Shown in pieces: positions 27,435 to 41,468 of a DNA stretch of 64,000 nt. Numbering within the stretch: the first letter of the stretch is position 1; every line of letters starts with the position of its first letter. Below the pieces are notes generated by a model. That model did not search any database, had not been told where the DNA came from, and saw only the letters and a list, made by a program, of their open reading frames with translations. The position numbers and the translations under genes are program-made. The stretch spans positions 1,808,901 through 1,872,900 of the forward strand of contig CM082593.2 of assembly GCA_040954595.2 (NCBI GenBank). Reading direction: 5' to 3'. The stretch comes from Balanoglossus misakiensis. Taxonomy: Eukaryota; Animalia; Hemichordata.

Positions 27435-30400
27435 GGATATTCGTTCGTTCAACGTTCCTCCACTCAGTTATTAAGCCAGACAGCCAATCACTTCTTATAT
27501 TTGTTTGAAGTCTGACGTCTTAATTTTCCGGTCTGATGGTTAGTTCTCACATATTTTTATGGGTCAGATGAAGTTGGGTTGATCGTTACTGATAAATCTC
27601 TATGACCAATATATTTCTTCATCAATTCATAACGGCAATAGTTTGGATAATCGAAAGCAAACTGAAGCAATCAATCCCGGATCGCTTACAACTTGGAAAC
27701 GTTCTTGTGTCCGTTATCTGTCGGATGAATGCATGGAAAATTATTCCAATCAAGCCCTTATTCTTACAGAATGGCAAGGAATAAGAGGTCACTGAGGACG
27801 TATTGATAAAATTACTGCTAGAGGTGAAATAGTTGTGTTCAACACCCCGGGTGTCTAATCTAATTGAAGACCACACCACCAGCAATGAACCAATACGCTC
27901 CCAAGTATCTCTTTCAAATATTGATAAATTAAAGAGAGCCCATAGGCAGAGGCCTAAATAAAATCATAAATCTTTCATTACACGTACCATATTAAGCCAT
28001 CCGTAACACTAGCTTTGAAGCTTTGAAAACTACTGTGATGAATTTAACCCCGGGTATGATGTCAATAGAGAATTGAGGTGAGGCTGTGACCCCGACCAGT
28101 GAGGCAATTAAACGCTCAGTGCGTTGCAGTATGGTGTTATCATTTATGATGCCAGTGTCAGCAAAATCAAATCTTTTGTGCGTCGACTTCAAAGATGAAA
28201 GCTCAACATGTGATCCTCGCTTGGGTAATTCAACCGCCAATAAGCTGCACTCGCCAATTTAGAGAAAACATCTGCATTGCTTTGTTCTGGCGATTGGTTT
28301 TATTAAATCGAAAATGGGTAGCCATGTTGAAATTTTAATAATCTACACTTAATTCCTGGAAAAAACTGGGACTATTCTGGCCTATACATGTAGTTCTCAT
28401 CATGACACTATTTGAAAAACTATCATCTTTTAGAAGTAAAAGCTGCAAGGGAAATAGTCAAGCGCTATGTGCATGATTTAAGATAATTGTCCACATTTCA
28501 ACCAATTATCCAATTATCCCCAAAATAGTTCTGCTCTTCTCAATATTTACCCAACTGACAAGTTGAATCCTCGTTGAAACAAGTCGCAAACAATTGAAGT
28601 GGAATTGACATTCAGGTCTGTGAAATGACTAATCATTAGCACATGCCGCCCCAATTCAGAGTAGTGCCTCGAGCAATGCTTAAGAGCCAGAAACGTTGAT
28701 TGTATGTTTTGCTTTCTTCTGATTGCAGACAACTTTCGTGTCACAGTTTAAACCCAGCTGGGAATTAACTTATGTAAGACGTCATGTTAAGTGTCTACAG
28801 GGCCTTTTATCAATATTACTTTTTCATGTACGTAATCACTTATATTAATCTATGGTGTTAAGTCATGGTGATCGTTAAGCCAATGTCTCTCAAAGAAAAG
28901 TGACGTCACAAAAATCTAGTTGATAAATACAGGCTTGTAACAAAGATAATGAAAGTGAACAAAATTGTCTATGTTTAAGGAGGCCAAAACACGCGCCAAG
29001 AATGGCATTTTCTGTTGATTTTCCAGAAAGCAACATTGGCTCCTTTTGGCATGGTGTTGATAAAATCTTAAAACTAAGTTCAGAAATCACATATCGTTTT
29101 TCATTGAAGCGAGGTGTATGGCTTACGGTAAGAAAACTATTCGTTGCCACAGTGCTACGGATAAACCGTTTACTTGCAAGAATAATATGGAAAACCTATC
29201 TCCCTACAGTATCAATTTTTAACTGGGTGTACGAATTACTCTGTGCATTACTTTTTCATCGCTATCAATCTCCATATTTAATATTTTATGGGCATTTTTC
29301 ATGCCAAGCCATCCACCGGGTCATCAATCATAAATGAATATGAAACACCCAAGATATATTTTAAGGTTTAAACGTCTTCATTTGCCAAAAGAAGATTGTC
29401 CCTTTAAGCGCTGGTGACCGAAATATTGAAGGAAGATAGATTGTCTGTGTATTAATTGGATTTTGACTCAGATGATTTGATTGTGGTAATGAATGTTTAA
29501 AAACCAAAGAACTTATACGTGTTAGAAAAAGAATTTATCTGACATGTTTCGCGCCATGAATATGACAAAGAGTGGCTTTGATGTCTTCGATGTGTGGACA
29601 TCCCTTTAGCGAGATTACTACAAAAGACGCGATGCATGTATACCCAATACTTTAGTAAGTGACAACCAGACCTTCTAAATGTTATTTATTTAGTGTGATA
29701 GCAGGTGGAGTTATAACTGGACAAGCCAAAACTGGCAATGATGCTGATAAAGTATTAAATACATCATTTATTTTGGCCTTTGTTTTACCTTCTAAACTTT
29801 ACTTTGGCTGGAATGTTTAAAAGGAGTCGTGGTCGTGTCACCAAGCCACGCTAGACTAATTTAAACCAACCTTGTAGTATTACAGTACATCAACGACATC
29901 ATCGTTTTACCAGGAGTTCATAAAAACCGTATCAGTGACCCTGTTTTGGACTGGGTGCACATGTACCGGTACTGTCATAGAAAAAATAACAGTTTATCTC
30001 AGAAATGTGATATCCAGCTTGGAATATTATAAGATTTAAGCGACATGAACCTAGCACATCAAACGATTAAATGCATTTAAAAATTTACCTGAAGAATTAA
30101 GAACCTGAAACGTCACAGTTGATGAGCATTACTGTTATTCACACCAAAACAGTACTTGGGGGACGATTTGTATAGTTAATCGCACGAGTACATGTGCTGT
30201 TTACAAGTTCTAAACATCTCACTTATGGTCAGGAACTTAAACCAGGATAAACATCTCAATTGATCTTGTCTAAAATTGGAAATTTACTGTCAAGAATTGT
30301 GTCGACTTTGATTTGAATACCCACAATGGGATGGGGTGACCCATAGCTTGCAGCGGTCATTTAAGCACCTGGTATAGTAGTTTGGGAGATTGACCTATCG

Positions 30401-32512
30401 CAGACAAGTAGGAGAAGGGTTCCAGTCAATTCTAATCTGCATGTGAATAAAGGCAACAGAGACATGCATGTACCACCTGTGTAGAAGGAAACTGTAAGTT
30501 TTAATCTGATTGGTCAAGTACATGGCTCGCTCTGCTTTGTTTTATTTGCTATTGGTCAGCAAGAAGATGTTTATCTATATATGCATGAGATATTGGTCGA
30601 TAGTGGTAGTTTTTGCATATTTAGATTAAGGTCTAGTCACATGGATGGCCTGCCACGCCATTTTCGTGGTTGCCACTGGTCAGGATGGACCATGTCAACT
30701 TCTCTGATATTTCTGATACCGGCTACGATATTGCGTTACTACAATACTGGCGATGTTATTTCTGTAGGAAAGGCGATTCATGTTTGGTACATGTACCAGC
30801 TATGCCGGTGAGATTTAAGAATTATTTGTGAGTGCGATTTCGCATTTTTTAAAGCGCTTGGGACACGGCAGCAAATGTTAATCGAAAACATACCATCGCA
30901 CTTTGTGTGGACATGAAGCATAATATTAATTCAAGGCATTCGACTTGTCCTCGGGCGATGGTAAAACGGATGTTTCAGTTACCCTGTATGTACCATGACA
31001 ATTATTCAAAAAGGCCCCTCGGGTCTTGTAAAGAGTTTACATTGTGGTTTTCAAGTGATCTGTAGGCCCCAAGAATTAACAGTCACATCTGTAGTAATCT
31101 CTAGCCAATGTAAAGTATGTGACGCAACTTTCAATGCTGTTTTCACATTTGGATGCAAACAATCACTCGATTTAATCCTGTTAATCAATGGTTGATGATA
31201 ATTTACCTTTCCCTCGTCGCATATAAGTTGGAACCCATGCCTGAGTTGACAGTGTAATTATTTCCAAATTACAAGCAAGGCTCGATCGGTCGGAAATGGC
31301 CGCGTTGCGTCCGTCGAAAAATGCGATTTGAGCATGTGTGAATGTCGACGGTAGCATCAGTCTAAAATTTACAAAAAACACAGACGTTTGAAAATATGAT
31401 GTTGACATTTGTTTATTTAAAAGATGTGGGGTTTCACCTCATATGGATGGTCTTCACGGTTAATGGACCGTGAAAGATTAACTTGCGATATTACAGTAAT
31501 ATTCTTGGGGGGAAACGGTTTTTATGACTGAAAATAAGAAGTGAGTCACGACATTCGTGATCCAAGGGTGAAGATCATCGCTATCAAATTAAGTTGAGAG
31601 AATCTTCAGTGTGTCGACAGGATAAACAAAAGAGTAATTGCCTTCTACTAAATGCCCCCGGCTTACAAAGACGATAATTTATAAAAACACAGGTCACGGT
31701 AAGACAAGGGTGGACAGAGAGAATGCGACCAGAATCGATATTTTAGTCATAGATTCACATGATCCGGTCTGTTTAAGAGCGGATTAGACTAGAGCATTGA
31801 TAAATGTCATTTTATTTAAACCTCTTGATCATGATGTAATTAGAATAAGCTGTTCCGCTTTGGCGCCTTGTTGGTTTACACGTTATTTTGTAGAAAGTTG
31901 TACTAGTTGGCTAACCGCGAAAGTAACAGTTTTATGACGAAAACTTGAGACGATGAACACTATATTTTCTTTTCTTAATTTAAAAAGGACTCCTCGTGCA
32001 CTTTCATATACTAAAGAATCAAAAAGGTTTGGAGAACTATTTTCTTTTTCTGAAAAGCTGTAACCGAGGCTCGGTGTACCTTAATGCACATAGTGTATAC
32101 ATATGCATTTCAAGAAGACCCTTGGGTATTCTTAATTTATTTAAGCATAGATAAACATGGATAAATACGTTAAATAATCGTTAAATTGATTAGTACATCA
32201 AATGCGAATATTGTTTTCCGCCTTGATTGAGTCAGTGTTGAATGCACGAAGCCCGGATTGATATAGTCCTGCAGGTTTCTTCATCGCGCGGGAGTTCTAG
32301 TTGCTGTTGGGGTTTGAGCGATAAAGTACAAGTGAATCATAAGAGGACGGTACACAGATAAAGGTTAGGAGCTTTTGCCTATAGACTGGGATACTCTCAA
32401 GGTACAAAATATAATAAATAAGATAGGAGGAATTCTATTAAAGATTTAATACTATTGAAACCAGTCTAATGTCTCCGTGACATGATACAGTGTGCTATAC
32501 GCTTTCACGTAT

Positions 32513-32544
32513 TCGTCATGCATTGTAATCGTCATGCATTGTAA
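32513..32544. repeat. 16-bp perfect tandem duplication (tcgtcatgcattgtaa)x2
   Basis: Seen directly. Confidence 0.9.
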
Positions 32545-35500
32545 ATCGATAATAAAAAGATAATGGCTTTGCTAAATGTTGAATTCATATGGCTTTTCGC
32601 GTAACACTTATTGCCAGAACTGCATTGTATCTCCGGCCTGGGGCAAACTGATCCAGCATCGAGACGGTTTCAATATGAGTTTGGCATCATGGTAAAGTAC
32701 GCTTTAAGTTAGGCAATAAAAACCTTAGTTACGTCATTGTATGTTGAGTTGATTTGGCGTGGGCTGATGTACATCATGTGTTATTGAAAAATCACGTATG
32801 CATTGAGGACTAAAACGTACACATGCAAACAGCGATATTTCAAGCACGTGTTTTTGACTAGGTTCAGCGTAAGTTAATACTGTACGTTTAGACTATCCCG
32901 TGATGCGTATTCAAATAGCAACACACGAAGCCCGTTCTTCTGTGATATTTAAAATAAAAACATTAATTGTGTTGCCTTCTCAGTTACGTTCAGCCAAATG
33001 CGTGCGGGGGAGGGGCCTATAATTTCGTTGCTGTACTGTTGTCGTAGTTCTGGCCAAGTGGTGCAGAGCTATTAAATTCAGCAACTTGATAAATTTATAG
33101 GTTCGGGTTTGTGACTGTTAAAACTTATGGGGAGGTCGATTGAACTTATCATTAGATTTAGAGAGTCGGTCCAATTGATCCCATGCCAGCAGATCTGACA
33201 GGCCATCGATGGTTCAATGAATTGTTCGATTGATTTCATTGATGATTGATCTGTGTGGGGATTAATTAATCGACTGACTGATCCATTCATTGATTTGTTA
33301 ATTGTTTCAACGGGTCGGCATTAGAGTCTTTGGCGTGTAAAGTGTCTAGACTTATAATGCCACCCCCAATGCCTGAATGATAAACTATCGAAATGTTTGA
33401 TTTCAGGCTTCGCTAAGTCCAATCTCTCAGCTGAATGAATCAAGGGTCATCAGAACGACCCTTCTTCTCTTGTGAATTCAGTGCCGACAACATAAACATA
33501 GCACGCGACTAGACAGGGCTAACACAGATAAGGGAAGACACCGGCAGTCTCACAGTGACGTCACGCTGTTTTACCAAGTGGTGCCGATTCATTGACACAT
33601 TTCTTAGAAATAAACTTAGGATGGGTATGACATGTTCTGTCTGTCTGCCTGTGTTTATTACATTACAATTTCGGCTTAATATTAAGCCGAAGTTGTCTGT
33701 ACATTGATAACCAGACCACCAGCATTTGATGATGTTTCATGTTTGCCTCCAATGCATCACAAACTCGGAAGCTTTACGGAAATATCAAAGGTTGTCTAGT
33801 CTGAGGTTTACCCCTGATTCATTATTTAGGTCCCCGTGTGTCGGACGCAAAGGAAGCTTACGTTTGATTCCATTTTGTCTCAATTTCGCACCTTCCGGTA
33901 ATCGATTCTTGCTGTACGTGTGCAACATGGTTTTGTTGTTTAGCAGAGTAGTGGCAATTTTATTAGAGTTTGCATTTTCGAGAAAGGAGCGTCCTTTATT
34001 CATTGCCTGACCCTCCCCCGTTTTTGTTGATGTGACATAATGGAAGTTGGTGCAGAAATAAAGTTTGGAGTTACCGAAATCGTTGACACAAGATTAAGTA
34101 GCAGCCGTTGCATGCAATGCATGCTGGCTCTTTCCGTCGCTTCTGCTACAGATATGCCGACCTTTGAACTAACCATACCACGTCAATCGGTCAGTCACCC
34201 TAATTATAGAAATATGTGTAAAGTTATTGAATGTGTGAAACATATGTGATGGAGGTCTAGTCACGAAAAAACAAATCGGGCTGCTGAAAGTCTTGAGACG
34301 TTTGAAAAGCAAACACCAGTGGCCACCATGAAATCACTTCCACTCAAGCGTGGGTGCATGTTTGACTCCGTAATATAGAAATTGCATTTTCTGAAGACAA
34401 AATCACGGTGTACGGGTTTTCAATTTAAAGAATCATTTGATGAACTGGAAATTATGTAAGAGTGTTTACGCCTCTGGGTGCCATATGTGAACTGGAAATA
34501 TGTAAAATAATACCGATGGAATTAAATCATAGGCCGCTGTAACTGTAGCTCTAGGGACTTACATGGATGGAATGTTTCAATTATGAAATAATAAAGATTG
34601 GTTGGAAACAGAGTAAAGTCGCTGAACATGTTTTCTGGACCGTGATTTGGCACTCACATCCTAAATATTTAGACCAAAACTGACAGGATGTCGATTATAT
34701 GTTAAAATGTTGGGGGTGCGCGCTAAATAATTACAAGAGTAACTGGCGGTTTTACGCACCAAATATGACACCTCTCAAAATTCTGACATCATTTAGTTGA
34801 CCCACACGCACAGATCTCGACACTCACTTCATTACGTGTGAGATTAGGAAACCACAATTTGCACCATATTGCCACCGTCTGTCAAAATATAACCAAAATA
34901 TACAAACAATCAGTGGTCGAATAAATATTTGAATTTCATCATTTCGTTCATTCATGTGTGTTCTCGTGATGAATGTGCTGAGATTACAAGCTGGTGGCAA
35001 TGATTGTGAAAAAATAGGTTAGATTATGGGCATTGCGACGACTTGTATTATAGCAAAGCTGACGGATCTTTGAAATTTTCACATCAATCATCATAAGAGA
35101 CGAGGTTGTTTTGGTCGTTGGAACAGTATTAAATTTGGTAATTTAAACATTGAGCAAATTTAACAGATTGTTAGTCTGTCTGATAACATACAATTTCAAG
35201 AAAAGGCTAAACGGATTCAAGTTGAATTTGATACACATGCACAGCTTTGAAATGACAAGAATTGACTTGGGTTTGGTGAGCGTGACTTGCATATTGATGA
35301 AGTTATCAAAAGTCGAAACTTTCTGATAATTTGCATATTTAACACATCTGTGCACTAATTACTCTACCGCACCAAATTTCATGAAACATGCTATAGATAT
35401 TTAGTTCTCTTATTTACTATGTAGATATACTCATTGAACGCGTGCATGTTCCCATGGCAACACGAGTGAAAGTAGGCATTCGACAGCAACACCTGGCACC

Positions 35501-37717
35501 AGCATTCACATAAAACCCTGAGTATTTGTTAATGGTGTATAAACTGTGTCGTGTTCTTCACAGTACTTTCGACTTGGCTTAGATGAGCGAAATTGAAAAT
35601 CCCTCACTTACTGATAATTGATGGATTTTCAGTTACACCATATATTACTTCATTCCACCTGCATTTATCTTATCATATTTTCCGGTAGAGACGATGTAAT
35701 CGTCCAGTACATCACAGCTACAGTTACTTGCAAATCCGGCACTTACTGTCACGTGACATGTTTCGCGCCGAAGGTCATTTCAAGATCATGAAGATCTTTG
35801 AAGTTTTCCTTGTCAACACATACGGTACATTGTAAGCCTAAATAGGTGCTATCTGTTCTGTGGTATATAACGATATCCCGGCCAAAATAAAAGAACGCAC
35901 TCTTCAGAAAAGTTCATTTTAATTTTGCCTCTTGTCTTGAAAGTTGAGGAAGAAAGAGATTCAGAGAGATTCAGCATCTTGGGTTGAAAGCCATCCATGC
36001 CAACCGCTGTTAGATAATATTGACGCACCGCAGTATTGCTGGAAATTTTCCAAGGATGCCATCGAAACATCCGCTACACTGCTTTGTTTACTCCTGTGTG
36101 GCAGCTATAGGACAAAACCACCTGTCTTATTCTTTAATTGGTCTGTCGAAGGATAGTGTTACCTGGACGAGGAGTATCTTTCCAGGGTTAGGAAGATTAA
36201 TGAGGATTCCGCTGGCTGGCGAACGACATGCTAGCTGGGGCAAGACAACTATTAAACTCCTGGCCTCAACACTCAGACACACTGGGCCAAACAACTATGT
36301 ATGTAATCGTGAGGTCTAGCTTGAAAGTATTTGCAATTCTGTCCACAAAATAAGTTTTGAAAACCCCACACAGTTGGCTTCGAAATATAAAATGAAATGT
36401 AGTTCGAAGTGTTTCCAACGTCATACGACGACCAACAGAGGGCGGGCGTCCATGAGCTCATCATTATGTTCATTGGACAACTCAGACTTGAGTCCAATTT
36501 CGTTTGAAGAGATAGCGCAGTTCTTGCTCGGAACTGACCTTTAAAGTGTATTCACATATGGGTGCCACATAGGTTCAACTTATTGCAACTTTACATAACT
36601 TGTCGAATCTAAATTGGACGGGCCATCTGCTTCCCTTTCTTGTTGTTAATACTGATTCAGTAAATATTTTTGTGATCCAAGCCTTGTGGAACAGAAATAC
36701 CAAAGATTTCGTCCGGATCAATATGGGTTTAAACTTAGTAACATCTCAGCATGTTGCCACGAGATGGACACTAATTTACTAAAAATAAACAAAAGTTGAA
36801 CGGTCCAAATTCCTCTAATAAGTCCCGAGAGAATACATCCCTTCTCATGTTCCACTGCCGTAATCTCGATAACATAAGCGGGTATCGCTAATTGAATCTC
36901 TAGATTCAGATACAGATCAAGATAACAACGGAAACGTCAACATGTCGCAACATCTGGTCACATCTGGTTGATATCCCAACCAGACGTTTCTGACATCACT
37001 CTTGAGGCGTTCGCAGTAAATAAGTTGTCTGAAGCAACTCTGCGCCAATACTGTTGTGTGCTGGGTCATGGGGTTATACTTCGCGATCAAAGACGCCCTT
37101 AAACTAACCAGCACATTATTTCACACTTTTCTCACCGTTCACAATATCTTTTTTAGTCCACATTTTGACTGATAGCAAAGTTTTGTCAGTTACTAACTAT
37201 AACTCATTCCAGTTCAAAAAATGACAAATCCCTGACTTTGTAAATTTTGCTCAAACGTTTTGATCGCAATATCAGAAAACCTTACCTTTAAGTAATTACA
37301 ATTACTGTCATGCCATATATTCTTCACTCTGTTCAAAACCAATATGAACTGCAGACAGAACCATTGGAGGGGTCATCATCACTGCTGCTGTGCGCCCTTA
37401 CAACTGTCCAGTCTGCCCGCAACACCAAATCAATTAAGACTGTGTTGGGACCAGCTCTTTCTATCCAAATGTGTCTACCATCGATGATACGACGTGATAA
37501 TGCAGTCCATATATTTGGTATCATGTCTGTCAAGCATTCTTCGCATTTATGAAAACAATCATCTCCGATCATTCACTGCTGCCAGGGCTGTTTTATGTGG
37601 TTTTCAAATTCCATATTGTTTACGTTGGTAGGTAGTTGGGTGGGTAGAATAGGTGTATGTTGTGAGTGCATATTAATTTCGACTTCAAACTTAGAGGCAT
37701 CTTGTATAAGAAACGTA

Positions 37718-37745
37718 TTTATTCAAGTTGTAAAAACATTTTATT
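37718..37745 (-). promoter_or_regulatory. Candidate polyadenylation signals (two AATAAA) ending a ~1.2 kb AT-rich 3' UTR of the SLC4A11-like gene
   Basis: tttatt on + at 37718-37723 and 37740-37745; other AATAAA hexamers occur nearby, so the site used is uncertain. Confidence 0.4.
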
Positions 37746-38920
37746 ATAAACCAAGAAAAACAGGAATATATCCTTGTGAGGAACAAAATATTACACCATC
37801 ACCAAAAACCAGGAAATAATATTTACACCCAAATAAAAGTAAAATCTACAAAATTATGTCACTTACCAAAATTTATTTAAATATTTACAATACTTAGGTA
37901 AATTCGGCACATTGTACTTTTCAATGACGCCATTCTCACCGGGAATTGCATAAACAATGGTAACTGGTGCATAAGATTTATTTTGCGATTTTCATCCTGA
38001 TATAAAAATAGCATTCTGAATTAACGATATCGACAACGAGTAGTAATTGTTCAAGATTTATATACTTAAACTGTCCCAGTAACCATCTAGTGATGGGATA
38101 AAACCTTAATAAAAGATATGTCGTGTAGTCTTCGACATTAAGTTTTAAATTAGTAAAAGTATCTCTTTCAGCAAATAAAACATAATCTCATACATTCCAT
38201 GAATTCGTATATTATTTACAGATTTTGAAATTTCAAATTTCAGATAAAAAAATGCATGAGGTTTCCTTATTAGGAAACCAACAAGTTGTATCTTAACGAT
38301 GCCTAATGGTGATATTAATTATGTCACTAACACGAAACAATCACATGTTAAAATTGCAGTGTATATCAAAGGAGTGGTAGTATGCATAGTAATATTTTAA
38401 AACTCAATATAAACTATTGCTGATATAACCTTATACCCTTACAACTGTAAATCCTGAAAATCTGCAATACAATTTTCTGACATTTCACGCTAAAATGTAC
38501 ATGTTCTGATGACACAGCAAACTGTGATGTGCCATACCCTCACAGTTTCGCCTTGGTCATAGTGATCACAACGCCCTCTTTTGGCAAAGAGCGAAAAAAC
38601 TTCCATAATACAGTGACGTTGACGACGAAACCGCAATGCATAACTACCATCTCTGGTTGGTAAAACAGCATCCTCTATGGACAATATAAACATTTCTTCC
38701 ATCTTTACCTGGTGGTTACGGCTGAGTCTACTATGTCAAAGTGTGGAGGTCTGTTTTCATGTGCATATAAGATCCATGTTGAAGACAAACTATTCCATGT
38801 AATGGGGAGTTCCGCCTACCCATGCAGGTCTAGCAAGTCAATTATGTCTCCTCGTTTTACCGATGGAAAAATCCAATATGGACAGCACAATATTCCTTGG
38901 AGTAAATTCCAAAGTCCATT

Positions 38921-38981
38921 CTAATGCAGGTCAAGCGATTCCAAGTATTTCTTCTCGATAATTTTAGGAATGATGAGTTGT
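38921..38981 (-). CDS. SLC4A11: SLC4A11-like terminal coding exon (QLIIPKIIEKKYLESLDLH-stop)
   Basis: Resembles LLPRIIEAKYLDVMD; TAG at 38923-38921. Confidence 0.93.
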
Positions 38982-41437
38982 CTGAGTTTAAAATAAAACA
39001 ATATTAAACGTTTACACAAGGTTTACTTTTAGATTGCAATAAATGTTGTTTTTCCATGAGGCGCAAAGAAAAATAAGATAATTGAAAATAGGTGTAATTC
39101 CCTTTAAACATACCTGACTGGAATGAAGAGGATAAGTATAAATGGAAAGACTGTCTTCATGTAAGACACAGGTGACATTCCAAACACACACAGCACAACC
39201 AGCTCCACCAGTTCAATGACCGTGAACATATGCATCTTCCTTTGTGGTACTCTTCTCACATAATGGCTTGGGGGATAGGCTGACTAGTAAAAATGACAAA
39301 GTATTTTGTCAACTTTGCTGAACACTTGGTAATGTGACATTTTCTGTACATGTTCATTTTTCAAGAGATCATTTGGTCACTCATACATATAAATACTCGC
39401 TATCAAATATTGCCAGGATTTCGGTCATGAGATGAATAAAACTACATAATGAATGGTAGACGAATAGCCCACGTCAAATACAAAGCAATTTACATACCTG
39501 TTCTGTGATGAACAGCAATAACCTTTCAAAGAACTGGTTTCCAATCAAGGATTGTATTGCTAGAAATATGTAGACTCCTGCAAGCACTGCCATTGGAATG
39601 TATTGTAATGGCGACGGTAGCATCAGTATCGAAATACCGATGAACGCATGCGCCATGATCAGTGTGAGTCTTGTCTCTCGCACTCGAACAATTCTAACAA
39701 GAAAATGAGAGTGACGAGAATGCATGATGTGCTGATTCGGGAGACTTTATATCACCTATTTATTCATATTCAAACACATGTATAGTCAGGCTCATTAGCC
39801 AGACCTCGCTCTATCCTTCGACGGCATAGTGCGCCACGAGCGGCAAAGCCGCGAGAATCATCGTTCTTTGACGGTCGATTCTCACAGTTTTGACGTTCAT
39901 GGTGCACTTCGTGTGGTTATGCCGTTGAAAGATAGAGCGCAAGTCTGGCTAGCGAGACCAACACATGTAAAGTGATCTGAATTCCTGCATACAACCTGGG
40001 AAATCTCACTTACATTGTTTGAACGTAGCCATAGTTGACTCTTTCCTCCACATCAGCAAGCGATCTGACATGCATCGGCGACAGAGGCACTATGCCGTGA
40101 ACCATCGGCATTGCGAAAACAGAGAAAAATAAGTTTAGCACTCCACACAGAAAAAGGTCCCAATGGTATGACGTCCCCTTCTTTAATCTGTTAAACGGAC
40201 GAAATCACTGACGTTAGAACAAGTGGGTTACTAGTATTCCCAGTTAAAGCAAAAGGTTTCAAATGTAGTGACAGAACTAAAGAGGGCACTGGACATAAAA
40301 TTGTGCACGCCATAGCAGAGCATTTACAATCCGCTCCAAATTGGAGTTGTTTGCCTTCAAACTTACTTGTTTTCCGGAGAATTGACGACAGATCCAGTGA
40401 TATTGTGTTCCATCATGACCATCAATGCTAGTGACAGGCCAAGTCCGAGACATGCGAAGAAACGACCGTAGGTAACCTGGTCAAAATTTGGAACAGTGAA
40501 GATTTCATTTTGTGCATGATAAGGAAATGGTTTCACTGAAAGAAAAATAGAGGCGTTTCTGTTAGTGCATCCGATTAAGAAAATTCATTTATTATTAGTG
40601 TTCACAGACGCAACCGTATAGAGACACACTTATAGCAAAAAATGGCGAGATATTCGCATTTTTCAATGGCCGTTTGCTGAAGTAAAGACATTTTAATGCA
40701 CTTTCACACAGAAACGTCAGAATCTCGGCGTCAGCTTTAGATTTTCAATCAAAACGATGACGTTTGACAAATTCTCATGTTATGTCTGTGATGACAGTAA
40801 TATAATGCTTCGAATGTTCACACGGTTTATCTTTGTCTCATTTACCTCAGTCTAAAGAATTATCTCTGCTCTAGTGGATGTCACATGAATACTTACAGTG
40901 TATATCTTTAAAACAATAAGATCCGATGAAAGACCAGACGATGACTGTTATTGCTAGGGCTTGGTTGGAAAGCAGTTCCCTTGACAACGTTGCCAAATAT
41001 GGACTGAAATTGTAAACAGACAGAAGCATTAAATCTTATCTATTTCGGCTTTAGTACAAAACCACCACGTCAAAACCGTCTGGCGTCTGTGAATCTGTCG
41101 TCAACTTCCTCTCAAAGGCGTTGACCCAAGCTTATCTCAATGTTATTATACATAAAGTGGGTCAATCGAATCTGGGGGTCATCGTCTAGCAATCGAGGAT
41201 GCCGCCAATATGTCTGAAATCAAAGAACGATTTACTACATGAAAACGAATCTCCAATATAGCAGGTTGAAAGAGATCGTAATCGCGTACTCTCAACAAAA
41301 CCATAGTTACTATAGTTGCAAAAGATGTGCGTTGATTTACTAGACTTTTCATCATGAAATGCACTCTCTTTCTCGGTTTTTGTCTGTCTCTTTCTAATTT
41401 GTCTGCGAATGTGTCTGTCTCTCTCTGTCTTCATCTG

Positions 41438-41468
<31 letters not shown>

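Noticed and set aside
30086-30120. CTGAAGA...GAAAC hammerhead-like core (weaker one near 27015-27045)
   Set aside because: Stem I does not pair and stems II/III are not credible
37333-37572. 79-aa Cys-containing minus-strand ORF downstream of the gene
   Set aside because: No recognisable family and no supporting splice structure
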